IMG/VR virus record: IMGVR_UViG_3300045999_008055
Strand: one strand, 5' to 3'
Length of the DNA stretch: 64,000 bases
Origin: a virus
The first letter of the stretch is position 1. Every line of letters starts with the position of its first letter. A model generated the notes under the pieces. The model saw nothing but the letters and a program-made list of their open reading frames with translations, was not told where the DNA came from and did no database searches. Positions 46,481 through 56,629 of the stretch are shown here, one piece after another. The translations under genes and the position numbers were made by a program.

Positions 46481-46807
46481 TTAATCTTTTTTATCTAAAT
46501 CTTTATATTGATTTTCTACTTCGTTTGCTTCTTTATCTAGTTGATCTTGAAAGTCTTTTAAATAATCATCAATTTTATCTAAATCTGGATTCTTTGGGGT
46601 ATAGATATTACTTATATAATTATTATTACTATTCCCAAAAAGTATGCGAATAATAGTATAGCCACCAAGGATTTGAAGGAACGAAAAACGCAAATCATAA
46701 AATGGAGCAAAAAGAAAATTCCAAATAAGCCAAATAACACCACTATAAACAAATCCAAAGAAAAGATAGGTGGTAGCTAAATTAAACCAGTCTACTTTAT
46801 ATTTCAT
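46481..46807 (-). CDS. Hypothetical membrane protein
   Basis: Two TM segments. Confidence 0.65.
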   Translation of the reverse strand: MKYKVDWFNLATTYLFFGFVYSGVIWLIWNFLFAPFYDLRFSFLQILGGYTIIRILFGNSNNNYISNIYTPKNPDLDKIDDYLKDFQDQLDKEANEVENQYKDLDKKD

Positions 46808-47146
46808 TTAAAGTGTATGGATGAACATTGGGGTAAATTCGCCAACATAAGAGCCACGAACATTAAACTCAAAGTAATCAATAGCATCAGTTTCGGGGTC
46901 ATCTTGATCGCTGAATTGTTCTGCGAGAATATCCAAGCATTTCTCAATAGAATATACTGCAACAGGATTACCATTTTCATTTTCGCCAACGCCGATAAAA
47001 GCCTCATCAAATCCATCCGCAAGAAGAATCTTGTCAGTATAATCGGGGAAAGATGTTTCAATAAAGTCTGTGATATTTTTCTTATGTTTGCTTAATTTCA
47101 TAATTGCTAATGTATATGGTGTCCTCTTAACCTTATTTATACTCAC
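46808..47146 (-). CDS. Conserved phage hypothetical protein
   Basis: ADGFDEAFIG..VAVYS..YFEFNV.GSYVGE.TP. Confidence 0.75.
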   Translation of the reverse strand: MSINKVKRTPYTLAIMKLSKHKKNITDFIETSFPDYTDKILLADGFDEAFIGVGENENGNPVAVYSIEKCLDILAEQFSDQDDPETDAIDYFEFNVRGSYVGEFTPMFIHTL

Positions 47147-47172
47147 ATTTTAATTTACACGCAAGCATTTTT

Positions 47173-47817
47173 TTAAAAACTATAATTAAAATCATTTAAA
47201 TAATATTCAAAGTGTTTTTCTACTAATTTTTTAGTTTTTTTATTATAGCACAATCTATAATCAAAATTTTTTGGTCTATTGCTACTTTTATATTTTTGTA
47301 ATTTTCTAGTTGATTCTGGTAAATTTATTTTTTTCCTTATCCTTTCTAAATCATTTATTAAATTTTCAAATCTAATAAAATCATTTAGAATTATTTGATT
47401 ATTAATATATAAAATATCTTTTGTTTTTTTAGCAAAAACATCTATCATTGTTTCAATATATTCTTCAAAATAATCTCTTTTTCTATTTGAATAGAAATTA
47501 TAACTCCAGAAATATGAACTTACGACCATATCAAATGGATTTCTTACTACGGAAAACTTAAAATAATCATCAAATTTTTTTCCTATATTTTCTTTTAAAC
47601 TATAAGCTGGAATATGATCGTAAAATGTCGGGAGTTGAACTGGTTGTATAGATTCTCTCCTAAATCCTATAATGTAGTCTTTAGCTACTATTTCTTTTGA
47701 AAAATGAGTTTCTTTTAAAGAAGGCTTACAATATTGTTCAAAAAATATTTCTACGGAGGTTCCAGCGGTTTTATAAGATTTTAAAAAAATAAACTTATAT
47801 TTATCCGTTAATAACAT
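47173..47817 (-). CDS. Sulfotransferase-family protein
   Basis: FIFL..KTAGTSV (5'-PSB) and VRNPFD.VVSSY (3'-PB). Confidence 0.8.
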   Translation of the reverse strand: MLLTDKYKFIFLKSYKTAGTSVEIFFEQYCKPSLKETHFSKEIVAKDYIIGFRRESIQPVQLPTFYDHIPAYSLKENIGKKFDDYFKFSVVRNPFDMVVSSYFWSYNFYSNRKRDYFEEYIETMIDVFAKKTKDILYINNQIILNDFIRFENLINDLERIRKKINLPESTRKLQKYKSSNRPKNFDYRLCYNKKTKKLVEKHFEYYLNDFNYSF

Positions 47818-47829
47818 ACAGCAATCCTT

Positions 47830-48126
47830 TTAATTAATCCAAATTCTATTGACGATCTCCTCTGATTTTTTATTCGATACTTTTGACAGACAAAATAGAA
47901 ACTTACTGATATTCAAGCAAATAGAACCAAAAGCCGATAAGAATATATAATAAAAAAAAAGTAAAATAAGCGAAACATCTGCTAAAACCTCTGCGGTCAA
48001 AGGTTTTGCAAAGTTAAATAAACCTTTAATACTTTTCAATAGTTCTGATGCAACATAACTAAATGTCATCAACCCTACAAAAATAAACCCAAAAAAGGTA
48101 TTAATAAAATCTGAAATGAATCTCAT
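47830..48126 (-). CDS. Hypothetical membrane protein
   Basis: Hydrophobic ORF. Confidence 0.55.
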   Translation of the reverse strand: MRFISDFINTFFGFIFVGLMTFSYVASELLKSIKGLFNFAKPLTAEVLADVSLILLFFYYIFLSAFGSICLNISKFLFCLSKVSNKKSEEIVNRIWIN

Positions 48127-48305
48127 CTTTTAAAATGCTTTTTGAGTTTTTTTACAAGTCCTTCTACTTTATCTAGTTCTTTCCAATTTACGCCAGCAAT
48201 ATGCTTGTGATTTTCTTCGTGCCATTTGATTAAACCTTTTATATCATCTTCGAGTTCAACCAAATCTTTATTTAAGTGTGATACTAATGTCTTTGCGTTT
48301 TCCAT
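48123..48305 (-). CDS. Hypothetical protein
   Basis: ORF. Confidence 0.6.
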   Translation of the reverse strand: MENAKTLVSHLNKDLVELEDDIKGLIKWHEENHKHIAGVNWKELDKVEGLVKKLKKHFKR

Positions 48306-48498
48306 AAATTTATCCTAAAAACTTTTTTAAATATTCAACCATTTCTTCTTCTTGTTCTACAATATATTTAAATTTAACATAAAATTCGTGAAGTTTATTT
48401 GTTGGCATTTCTTCTCTAGATTCATACCAAGCTATAAATTCCTTCATAGTGCGAAGTGCCTTGACTCGTTCTTCCATACAATAGATAATATAAGAAGT

Positions 48499-48708
48499 TT
48501 ATTTTTTCTTCAACTTTAATTTTGCGTGATCTGCGAATAACTTTGGGTCGTCTTTATAAAGTTTTTCAAGACAATCTTTTGTAAATTCTCTTAAAGATTT
48601 TTCGTCCTTTATAGCATCAACAATCTTTTTAGACATAACAGAAAAAGTCTTTTCTTCTTTTTCTATTTCTTTTACTATTCTTGGTTTTTCTACTTTTTTC
48701 CTTGCCAT
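48499..48708 (-). CDS. Hypothetical protein
   Basis: GTGTAA upstream. Confidence 0.65.
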   Translation of the reverse strand: MARKKVEKPRIVKEIEKEEKTFSVMSKKIVDAIKDEKSLREFTKDCLEKLYKDDPKLFADHAKLKLKKK

Positions 48709-48723
48709 ACTTCTAATTACACA

Positions 48724-48936
48724 TTAGAAATTAAATTCAAACTGCTCTGCGATATATTTTGAATTAGTCTCATACTTTTCAGCGTATCTTTGACATAGTT
48801 CATAATCCGAAAGATGAACATAAAATTCCATAACACGATCTACAAGAGTCTTGTTATCTTCTTGGAGATATGCTTTCTTTAGGTTTGCAAGAATCATATC
48901 TCTGGGATTGGTATGTTTAATTACTCCATTAATCAT
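48724..48936 (-). CDS. Hypothetical protein
   Basis: ORF. Confidence 0.6.
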   Translation of the reverse strand: MINGVIKHTNPRDMILANLKKAYLQEDNKTLVDRVMEFYVHLSDYELCQRYAEKYETNSKYIAEQFEFNF

Positions 48937-49138
48937 TTTCTTTCTCCAATAAAAATTCTGGAATCATATCTTCCTTTGCGTTCTTGTCCTCGATGACATC
49001 AATCCAATTACCGATATTACCATACTTAACGCCTTGCATCAAATCTTCATATAGACATTCGTAGGCTCTTTCAACCATTTCTTGATTGTCCATATCTACA
49101 ATATAATTTAAATCCAAACAAACTCGCCCTAGTTTCAT
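48929..49138 (-). CDS. Hypothetical protein
   Basis: GGAGG upstream. Confidence 0.65.
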   Translation of the reverse strand: MKLGRVCLDLNYIVDMDNQEMVERAYECLYEDLMQGVKYGNIGNWIDVIEDKNAKEDMIPEFLLEKEND

Positions 49139-49413
49139 TAGATATGAACCTCCTTAATCCAAAAATTAGATAAATCTTTATCTTGGTTGATTGCTTCTTT
49201 CAACTGCTCAAGAGCTTCCTCTTTAGAATCTGCTTGATATTGTTTGCTATATGTGACAATATAAGTTTTCATTTTTGGTTTCTATACTCCTTTATAAACT
49301 CACTTGCTTCTTCAAGAGCGTTCATAAAATGAATCGTCCTACAATCGTGAGGACAATCTTCGTCAGCTTGATCTACAAGCTCTGCGAGTAGCTTAATTGC
49401 TTTTTCCATATCT

Positions 49414-49644
49414 TTATTTTGCATCTTTTTCATTTGTTGGCAAGCCAAATCCTAGTTTTGGTCTTTCATTTTCTTTAAACAATTCTATAATACGAATGTT
49501 ATCAATCAAGTGCCAATCAGAATTAATTTTAATACATTTTTTAGCGGGAGAAATCTCTGACACTTTTCCCTCTTGAATTGCGTATTTATTAATAGGATAA
49601 TTAATAAAAAGAATCTTGCGATCAATTAAATCTTCTAGTTTCAT
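49414..49644 (-). CDS. Hypothetical protein
   Basis: ORF. Confidence 0.6.
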   Translation of the reverse strand: MKLEDLIDRKILFINYPINKYAIQEGKVSEISPAKKCIKINSDWHLIDNIRIIELFKENERPKLGFGLPTNEKDAK

Positions 49645-49832
49645 TATTCTAAATCCTCAATTTTCATATCATTAAAATAAACATCTATCTTTTCTACCAA
49701 TTTATAATACTTATCAGTAGCATCGTGAGATATTGAAACTTCATCTAGAAATTCTTTATTGGTCAATAGATCACCAAGAATACCCATAGCTAGTTCAATC
49801 TCTCCATCTGTAAAATAAGATGATGCTTTCAT
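49644..49832 (-). CDS. Hypothetical protein
   Basis: Start re-called to MKASSYF. Confidence 0.6.
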   Translation of the reverse strand: MKASSYFTDGEIELAMGILGDLLTNKEFLDEVSISHDATDKYYKLVEKIDVYFNDMKIEDLE

Positions 49833-49833
49833 A

Positions 49834-50511
49834 TTAAAATGGCTTGAGAACATATCCCCAATAATCACTATCGGGCTGTTTCTGAATCTCATCCCACATA
49901 ATACAACGAGCGATATAGGAAGGAACATTCAATTTCTGACAATTTTCCATCCAATGTTGTTCCATCGCTTTATACTTTGCAACACCTACTTTTGATTTTG
50001 TATATTTTAAATCTTGCATACCATAGAAGCGAAGATGATGGACATCACCGCATAAAACTCTAGCAAAGAGAGGGTCAATCATCTCAAAGCTAAAACTGAC
50101 CTTGGCATAACTAAGTCCACGAATACGCTCCACAAGATTATCACGAACAGAAACATATCGGTTTCTCTTTTGTGGGCAAGAGAAGTCTTTAGGATTCTGC
50201 CAGAAATCTTTTGCAAAATCCCAAATGTAATCGGTGCGTTCTTTCTGACAACCAACGCCAGAACGAGTAAGACGCTTTAGAAGTTCTTTGCGATTGTGCT
50301 TCCAATAAACAAAGTCACGAATCGCAAGATAACCATTGATATTACCTTTCCAAGTCGTATGAACAGAGCAGAAGGCAAAAAGCCAACGCCTAAAAATATC
50401 CTCATCGGTTTTGGGTCTGACGCTCTCCCAATACTGCTTATAAGGTTCGACCTTGTGACGATGAAGTTCGTCAAAGGTGGCAAAGAATTGATCTGGTTTA
50501 GTTGTATCCAT
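49834..50511 (-). CDS. HhH-GPD-like DNA glycosylase
   Basis: RDNLVERIRGLSYAKVSF (HhH with Lys) and DVHHLR (catalytic Asp) pattern. Confidence 0.65.
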   Translation of the reverse strand: MDTTKPDQFFATFDELHRHKVEPYKQYWESVRPKTDEDIFRRWLFAFCSVHTTWKGNINGYLAIRDFVYWKHNRKELLKRLTRSGVGCQKERTDYIWDFAKDFWQNPKDFSCPQKRNRYVSVRDNLVERIRGLSYAKVSFSFEMIDPLFARVLCGDVHHLRFYGMQDLKYTKSKVGVAKYKAMEQHWMENCQKLNVPSYIARCIMWDEIQKQPDSDYWGYVLKPF

Positions 50512-50551
50512 AGATCAAATATAATTTAAATTTAATTTAAGTCAAAGAAAA

Positions 50552-50767
50552 TTATTGAATAATCCAAACAATTTCGTCAAAGCGTTGGCTATCAAAGTCT
50601 AATACTTCTTGATGACTGCCGTAATACCATTCAGAATTTTTATCTTTAAGAATTTTTGCTTTTCTTAATAGAGAAACATAGTCCAAGCCATCCTCGTATC
50701 CTTTGATACATATACGAGTATCTGGCGATAAGGTGTTAAGATGGTCAATTAATTCTTTTGCCGTCAT
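50552..50767 (-). CDS. Hypothetical protein
   Basis: ELI..L..L.PD..GYEDG motif. Confidence 0.7.
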   Translation of the reverse strand: MTAKELIDHLNTLSPDTRICIKGYEDGLDYVSLLRKAKILKDKNSEWYYGSHQEVLDFDSQRFDEIVWIIQ

Positions 50768-50948
50768 ATTCCATCCAATTTCTTGCGTGATGGGGACTAG
50801 GAAAAGTTTTTACTATTTTTGCGTCTTTAAATACCCAATGTCCTTTAGCAGTAATTTGTTCTTCGTAAACAGCCCATTTATCAAGAGGCTTACCAAACTC
50901 ATCTTCAAGCTCTTTGATATAACGAATTACTTTATTCATTGACACCAA
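50745..50948 (-). CDS. Hypothetical protein
   Basis: Resembles its neighbour 50932-51132 (YI..D.(Y/F)G..W.VYE..IT..K.F.S..A). Confidence 0.65.
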   Translation of the reverse strand: MVSMNKVIRYIKELEDEFGKPLDKWAVYEEQITAKGHWVFKDAKIVKTFPSPHHARNWMEYDGKRIN

Positions 50949-51132
50949 GCAACTTATCTAAGTATTTCTGTGCGTCTTTTACGGATTCAAATTGCTTCAA
51001 TATTTTAACATTCATCTTTGGCTTTTCACCAATACTTTCTAGGGTAATTGTTTTTTCATAAACTCCCCAAGAAACAAGAAGGTTTCCGTATTGATCTTTG
51101 ATCTGATCTATGTAATGATAGGTTGTTTTCAT
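50932..51132 (-). CDS. Hypothetical protein
   Basis: Probable tandem paralog of 50745-50948. Confidence 0.65.
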   Translation of the reverse strand: MKTTYHYIDQIKDQYGNLLVSWGVYEKTITLESIGEKPKMNVKILKQFESVKDAQKYLDKLLGVNE

Positions 51133-51411
51133 TTATACTATGATATTAATTTTAGCATTAAGTTTATAAACTAAATTGCCTCTTTGTTCATCGGGGTCGC
51201 TAATTGTGATACGCTTTTTATCAGCAAAGTTAAATACTCTACCATCGTCAAGATTGACGATATTATTTGAACCATTCTTAATTTTCATAAAAATAGAATG
51301 ATTGCCTCTTTGGACTGATTCGGGGTCAAAGAAAGAAAAAACTTCTCCTTCTTTAATAGAATCAAAGTCTACCATAGCTTCTTTATCTCTTGATGTTATT
51401 GTGTATTTCAT
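51133..51411 (-). CDS. Hypothetical protein
   Basis: ORF. Confidence 0.65.
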   Translation of the reverse strand: MKYTITSRDKEAMVDFDSIKEGEVFSFFDPESVQRGNHSIFMKIKNGSNNIVNLDDGRVFNFADKKRITISDPDEQRGNLVYKLNAKINIIV

Positions 51412-51415
51412 AAAT

Positions 51416-51718
51416 TTAAAATGGTCTAAAGTTATACATCCTTTCTGCTATCTTACTGAAAGTATCAGCGTTTGTAAAGCTGAATTTATACTTTTTCTTA
51501 AATTTTTCTAGTTTCTTTTTATTGATATTCTTTTTGCCAAAATCAGCTATTTTAGATTCATCAGAAATTAAAACTTCATCATAATCGTAAGAAAATAAAT
51601 CCAATAACTCAGCTACTTGGTCTTTATACTTCTCAACAATGGTAGTATCGGCAAACTCTATAATTTGCCCATCGTATGAAATTAATTTTCCTTTATCGAA
51701 ATCGTATCTAGGTTTCAA
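51416..51718 (-). CDS. Hypothetical protein
   Basis: ORF, TTG start. Confidence 0.65.
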   Translation of the reverse strand: MKPRYDFDKGKLISYDGQIIEFADTTIVEKYKDQVAELLDLFSYDYDEVLISDESKIADFGKKNINKKKLEKFKKKYKFSFTNADTFSKIAERMYNFRPF

Positions 51719-51934
51719 TTATTTACTCCATTGAAACTCAAAAATCCATCCTAACCAATTAAACCCACACTCAATATAATATTTGTTTTTCATACAAAAG
51801 AATTTTGGAAATGATTTAAATTTATATGAATTTAAAATATATAGCCCAAAATCTTTAACTCTGATACGATAATGAACCTTGCTTAAAAAAATACCATTTT
51901 CATTAGCCCAATTCTCGTATTGTTCACTTGTCAT
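51719..51934 (-). CDS. Hypothetical protein
   Basis: ORF. Confidence 0.55.
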   Translation of the reverse strand: MTSEQYENWANENGIFLSKVHYRIRVKDFGLYILNSYKFKSFPKFFCMKNKYYIECGFNWLGWIFEFQWSK

Positions 51935-52061
51935 TTTCTTGATTTTCTTTTATAATTTGTTTTGTTAATCTATCAAAATTTTCAGCAAGACTATATAATG
52001 ATTGATCTATACCCTGCAAAACTCCTTTAATCTGTAATAGTATTTTTGTGTTGTCCATAAA

Positions 52062-52736
52062 TTAATCCCATAAATCTCTAAAGTAAAGTCCGAGCAGAAG
52101 AAAACCATTTCTTTGACGCTCAAAGGCTTTGTTTAATTTAGAGTAATCTGCTTGAATATTATCTTTTGTTTCTATTTCAACCGAGTAATTACCATCTTCT
52201 TGTTTTGTTAATAGCATTTTACGATCACGAACAGGGTCGAAACCTAATGGATAAACTTCATATAGTTTATCAATCTGTGCGTTAGGGTCATCTTCAAGCA
52301 AAAGAAATTCAAGAGCAAAAATAATCTCATCCAAAACATTTTCATATTCTTCTTTAGAAAGAGAATTAGTTTTATTAATTGATTTATCAATGTAATCGCC
52401 TTGTTCTTGACTATATTCTAGATTCTTTTCATCTGGAACATAAGGAATAACCTTACCATCTACAACAAGATGATGGCGATTGGAAAGACTATTAAAGTTT
52501 TTGCGAAGATGTTTAATTCTTGGTAAAATAAATCTCGCAGTAGATTGAGGAAGATTCCAGCAATCGCTATCAGAATAACCACGAAAGATTGATTGCAATT
52601 TATTCTTTAAATTCCACTTTACATTAAAGTAAGTGTGAGAGTAATAATTAACCTCACTATAAATCCAATTTAAAATAGGATTCTTGTGAAACCTAAAAGA
52701 CCGCATCAGTTCTTCTAAAGTTTGCCTGTCGCTCAT
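52062..52736 (-). CDS. Conserved phage hypothetical protein
   Basis: DCWNL..FILPRI..LDEIIFA..GF.LLG.YFRDLWD. Confidence 0.75.
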   Translation of the reverse strand: MSDRQTLEELMRSFRFHKNPILNWIYSEVNYYSHTYFNVKWNLKNKLQSIFRGYSDSDCWNLPQSTARFILPRIKHLRKNFNSLSNRHHLVVDGKVIPYVPDEKNLEYSQEQGDYIDKSINKTNSLSKEEYENVLDEIIFALEFLLLEDDPNAQIDKLYEVYPLGFDPVRDRKMLLTKQEDGNYSVEIETKDNIQADYSKLNKAFERQRNGFLLLGLYFRDLWD

Positions 52737-53110
52737 AGTTTATTTAAAATCTCCTTACAATATGATATTGCATCAGCTACATCTTGTAAAGAGTATGTTT
52801 CTGAAAGACCACCATTAAAAACAAATTCATCTTTACCTTTATAAAAGGAAACCATTAGCTTACAATCTGCATAGTCATAATTATAATTACCAGAGAAACT
52901 ATTTCCTCCAGTATATGTTTTTAACTTACCATAAAAATATGCAGTTCCACTTACATTTTGTTTGCTAGTATTATGCAATCTAATAGTGATCTTGCCAGCG
53001 GGAAACTTCTCGGTTGAAGTCTTTTGAATAATTTTAGTTGGATTAATCAAAGTAGAGTTTTTGACTCTTGAATTATTTTCCCAAACAATGTTATCTATAA
53101 CTTGACTCAT
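52733..53110 (-). CDS. Hypothetical protein
   Basis: Coupled ORF. Confidence 0.65.
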   Translation of the reverse strand: MSQVIDNIVWENNSRVKNSTLINPTKIIQKTSTEKFPAGKITIRLHNTSKQNVSGTAYFYGKLKTYTGGNSFSGNYNYDYADCKLMVSFYKGKDEFVFNGGLSETYSLQDVADAISYCKEILNKL

Positions 53111-53439
53111 AAACCTTCCTCCTTACATTTATCCTCGTATGCTTTTACTTCGTTAAATTCTTCCCAACGACCAGCGTTAGCAAGAACATTACTTGTTAAA
53201 AGGACTCGGTGTTCATCTTCATTTTTAATATTCTTTTCATCCCAAGTCAAGAGGATAACTCCTAAACCAAAATTATCATAGTCATCAATCTTTAATTCAA
53301 CCCCTTCTTTTTCTTCTTGATCTAAAACGCTTTCAACTGCTCTTGTGCAAGCCTCGCTATACCAATCTGCTTTATCAAGTTTCTTGGTATCAATTTCTAC
53401 CTTCGCAGACCAATTATGTCCTGTCACATAAATATTCAT
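53107..53439 (-). CDS. Hypothetical protein
   Basis: Coupled ORF. Confidence 0.65.
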   Translation of the reverse strand: MNIYVTGHNWSAKVEIDTKKLDKADWYSEACTRAVESVLDQEEKEGVELKIDDYDNFGLGVILLTWDEKNIKNEDEHRVLLTSNVLANAGRWEEFNEVKAYEDKCKEEGL

Positions 53440-53708
53440 TAAAATGGTAGATCATTTCCTTCATCTTCGCTCTCATCAATAAAATCTAAAACTCTTTCAT
53501 TTTCTTCGTGAGAACGAAACCACAAAATTGTATTGTCGCCAACCTTTTGAGCGTCTTGATATTCCAAAGGGCATTTAGCCAAACGCTCTTTGACAATATC
53601 TACAAAGCGATTTGAAAGACGAATAAACAAACTCTCATCGCTCTCAATCCACTCATAGGATTCAGCAAACTCATCACAAATCATTTTTACTTTAGGATGT
53701 AGCTTCAT
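53439..53708 (-). CDS. Hypothetical protein with SSB-like acidic tail (DLPF)
   Basis: C-terminus EDEGNDLPF. Confidence 0.6.
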   Translation of the reverse strand: MKLHPKVKMICDEFAESYEWIESDESLFIRLSNRFVDIVKERLAKCPLEYQDAQKVGDNTILWFRSHEENERVLDFIDESEDEGNDLPF

Positions 53709-53899
53709 AGATTATTTAGATCAACCTTATCTGGTTCATCTTCTTGACAGAGTAATTGACCTTTAAGGTGTGTCAAAGTTTCAACAGCAGAATCTAAATC
53801 GTATTCTGATGTATCACTTGTGTCAAAATTAACAGACTCTTGAAGATCAAGAATATCTTGAATAATTAAATCAATCTTATCAATTTGTTTCTTTTTCAT
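53705..53899 (-). CDS. Hypothetical protein
   Basis: Coupled ORF. Confidence 0.6.
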   Translation of the reverse strand: MKKKQIDKIDLIIQDILDLQESVNFDTSDTSEYDLDSAVETLTHLKGQLLCQEDEPDKVDLNNL

Positions 53900-54077
53900 T
53901 AGTCATCTCCTGTTTAAGAGTATCTAGCCTTTTTGCGTCAATGTCAAGAGCAGAAGGATGAATACTCAAAGTCATATCTAGGTGAGGAATAAAGCAATAG
54001 AATAGTTTTGAAACTGAATCGTATGATACGATTTCCATTGGAGTTCCACGATTGCTTTTTACTTTAATTCTTTTCAA
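53880..54077 (-). CDS. Hypothetical protein
   Basis: Coupled ORF. Confidence 0.55.
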   Translation of the reverse strand: MKRIKVKSNRGTPMEIVSYDSVSKLFYCFIPHLDMTLSIHPSALDIDAKRLDTLKQEMTNEKETN

Positions 54078-54999
54078 GATGTTCCTTGTGATAATCGTGT
54101 CCTTTTTTAGTCAAAGCACGACCAGTAGGTTTAATCTCAATAAGATGATTTCTCATTAAATATAGCTCAACATTTTTCTGCAACATATCTTTGGTAAGAT
54201 TTGTTTTTGCGGAAAGATTGGTAAGTCTCAATTCACCATATTCCTTGAGCAATTTAATTACATTAAGTTCGATTTCTGTAAGGCCAAGAGGGTAGATAGA
54301 CAATCTATCTTTAATCTCTAGCCAACCAGTTTTATCTAGTTCTTTGGAATTTTTAGATGCCAAATAAGACGAAACTTGATTTGCCATAGACTGAGCTTGT
54401 CTGGCATTACCACGACATACGCTTGCAACCTCATTCAAAATATCTTCTTTAATCTTTTGATTTTTAATTTCAAGATTCTTTGAGATAATCCTACCAAGAT
54501 CAATGTAAGAATAATCTTCAAGATCAACTCTATAAAGACGATCAAGAAGTGCGTGAAAAATCTTTTGAGCTTCGGTAGTGCAGAAAATAAAACTATTTTT
54601 ATTAAATCTAAATGTATAAGTTCCATCGTCAAAAGTAAAATCGTTGGAATTATTCTGATTGGGATTAAGGATGGTTAGAAGTGCCATCGTGACATCTCTA
54701 GGAAGTTCGCTCGCCTCATCAAATATAATTGTCGTATCCTTATCATAAACATAAGGCAACATAATCTGATTAAAGAAACTCTTTACATTTTTAATCGTAG
54801 AACAATTAACAATAATGCTTCTCTCACGATTCATTATATTTGCTGTCTCTTGAGCGATAAGAGTTTTGCCACATCCTCTTGGAGCAACAAAAAGAAGATG
54901 AGGAATGATTTTCGTTTTAGAATAGCCATCTAAAAGAAAGTTTAGCTTCTTCTTTACTTTATCTTGACCTACGATTTTAGAATAATTTTCTTGTGACAT
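54064..54999 (-). CDS. ruvB: RuvB-like Holliday junction branch-migration ATPase
   Basis: IVGQ..PHLLF..PRGCGKT, IFDEA, CTTE..ALLDR, CRGNAR and C-terminal PLGL..E.YL..LIEIKPTGR. Confidence 0.8.
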   Translation of the reverse strand: MSQENYSKIVGQDKVKKKLNFLLDGYSKTKIIPHLLFVAPRGCGKTLIAQETANIMNRERSIIVNCSTIKNVKSFFNQIMLPYVYDKDTTIIFDEASELPRDVTMALLTILNPNQNNSNDFTFDDGTYTFRFNKNSFIFCTTEAQKIFHALLDRLYRVDLEDYSYIDLGRIISKNLEIKNQKIKEDILNEVASVCRGNARQAQSMANQVSSYLASKNSKELDKTGWLEIKDRLSIYPLGLTEIELNVIKLLKEYGELRLTNLSAKTNLTKDMLQKNVELYLMRNHLIEIKPTGRALTKKGHDYHKEHLEKN

Positions 55000-55036
55000 A
55001 GTGTGTTTATATACTGGTTTAAAAGTAAGATCAAGT

Positions 55037-55252
55037 TTAATTTACTTGAAACTCAATTTGTTCTTCTAAACTCTGATATGTTTTAGTATTGACTTCTTTC
55101 TCTATTCCTCTTATGTTTAAATTGTCGAGGAATTTCTTTGATACGATAACAACAGCATCTTGCTTCAATACTTTGTTAAGTTCACTTAACGGAACCATTG
55201 AAAAACAAAACGAACCTTTTTTTCTACCACGATTAGATTTCATCTTCTTCAT
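55037..55252 (-). CDS. Hypothetical protein
   Basis: RGRKKGS N-terminal motif. Confidence 0.65.
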   Translation of the reverse strand: MKKMKSNRGRKKGSFCFSMVPLSELNKVLKQDAVVIVSKKFLDNLNIRGIEKEVNTKTYQSLEEQIEFQVN

Positions 55253-55424
55253 CCTCCTTTGCGAGAGTTTGCATAGCGTTTAATAAATCAAACTTCAAAG
55301 ATTCTAATACGCCAATAACTTGATAAGCGGTCATATCGCTTTCGTGAGCATATCTTACAATATCCTTGTATAAGATTTGCCTCAACTGATTGCCAGCTTG
55401 ACAATTAAAATTTTCTTCGCTCAT
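55233..55424 (-). CDS. Hypothetical protein
   Basis: IGVLESLKFDL motif. Confidence 0.65.
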   Translation of the reverse strand: MSEENFNCQAGNQLRQILYKDIVRYAHESDMTAYQVIGVLESLKFDLLNAMQTLAKEDEEDEI

Positions 55425-55693
55425 TTGATTTTTATATTATACCTAGATATTCTAAATCCGCAACCTAAAATGCAGAATGTAAATATCTTTCCATATTCGT
55501 ATAATTCAAATGAAATGTCGCTAGTCAATTTCAATTTAAATCCAAACCATTTACTATCAACATCATTGTATATAGAATCATTCGGAGTATGATAACCGAA
55601 ACTGATGGCTGGTAAGAGGATGGCGATTGACCAATCTTTGCTCTTACCAAACCACCAATCACGATTCAGATTAACTTGTAATCCGAATTTCAT
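55421..55693 (-). CDS. Hypothetical protein
   Basis: ORF. Confidence 0.6.
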   Translation of the reverse strand: MKFGLQVNLNRDWWFGKSKDWSIAILLPAISFGYHTPNDSIYNDVDSKWFGFKLKLTSDISFELYEYGKIFTFCILGCGFRISRYNIKIK

Positions 55694-56608
55694 TTAGCCT
55701 TTAATGAATCTCCCTGTCTTTGGGTCACGCTTGCTGTGATAATTAACATAGGATTGTAAAGTGCCATCATTGGCATAATCATTATCATCTTCATCATCCT
55801 CGTAATCATCTTCGTCATCATATCCAAACATTTCATTCATAGCCTCTTGAGCTTCTGGACGATAAGGGTGAATATAATTGTCATAGACCTTATCATAAAG
55901 TTCTTTGTCTAGAGCTTTACGATACAAAGCTACTACCTCTAAACGATATGCACGAAGTTTCTGACATTCACAATCTGTTGGAACAGATACAACATCAGCA
56001 GGGTTAATCTTAACTATCACAAGATTACCACCACCATTAAAACTCTTTGCATATTCTTCTGAACCAGCGTGAAAGCCAGCAGAACAACCAACATCTGCAT
56101 TATCGCAAACTTGATTACGAGCCATCTCACGAATTTGTCCGATTGAGAAATCGTGCTGACCACTATACCAATCGGTAAAGTTTGCTTGAACACTCTTGTA
56201 TGCAAGGAAATCTCCATCGGGAGTAAGAGGCATCTTCTTATGCTCCAAGAATTTATACAATTCATTTACTGCCCTGCGAGAAGGATTTTGCATTAGCTTA
56301 TCAAGAAACTTAACAAGAGGCTCATAAGGCAAACCATTCTTAATAAAGTTTAAGATGCGATCTACAACGATATTATGAATTTCCTCGCCAGCATAGGTCA
56401 CAAGACCATCACGCACTTCAATGTTGCCGTGAGAAAATCGTGCGATAGCTTTACTCTTGTCGAGAATATCTGGAAGTTCGCTAAACCTTCCTTCTCGGAT
56501 TGCGGAAATAGCGTCATTCCAAACTGGATTTTCGCTAGTAATAGTCTTTGGCTCATCGTTAAGAACGATGGTAAGACTACGATCAGTTAATATATATGGT
56601 ATCTTCAT
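55694..56608 (-). CDS. rIIB: rIIB-like protein
   Basis: NPS..ELYKFL..LTPDGDFLAYK..CSAGFHAG..VKINPADVVSVP; follows the rIIA-like gene. Confidence 0.85.
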   Translation of the reverse strand: MKIPYILTDRSLTIVLNDEPKTITSENPVWNDAISAIREGRFSELPDILDKSKAIARFSHGNIEVRDGLVTYAGEEIHNIVVDRILNFIKNGLPYEPLVKFLDKLMQNPSRRAVNELYKFLEHKKMPLTPDGDFLAYKSVQANFTDWYSGQHDFSIGQIREMARNQVCDNADVGCSAGFHAGSEEYAKSFNGGGNLVIVKINPADVVSVPTDCECQKLRAYRLEVVALYRKALDKELYDKVYDNYIHPYRPEAQEAMNEMFGYDDEDDYEDDEDDNDYANDGTLQSYVNYHSKRDPKTGRFIKG

Positions 56609-56629
56609 ATTTATAGTTTTACTCCTTTT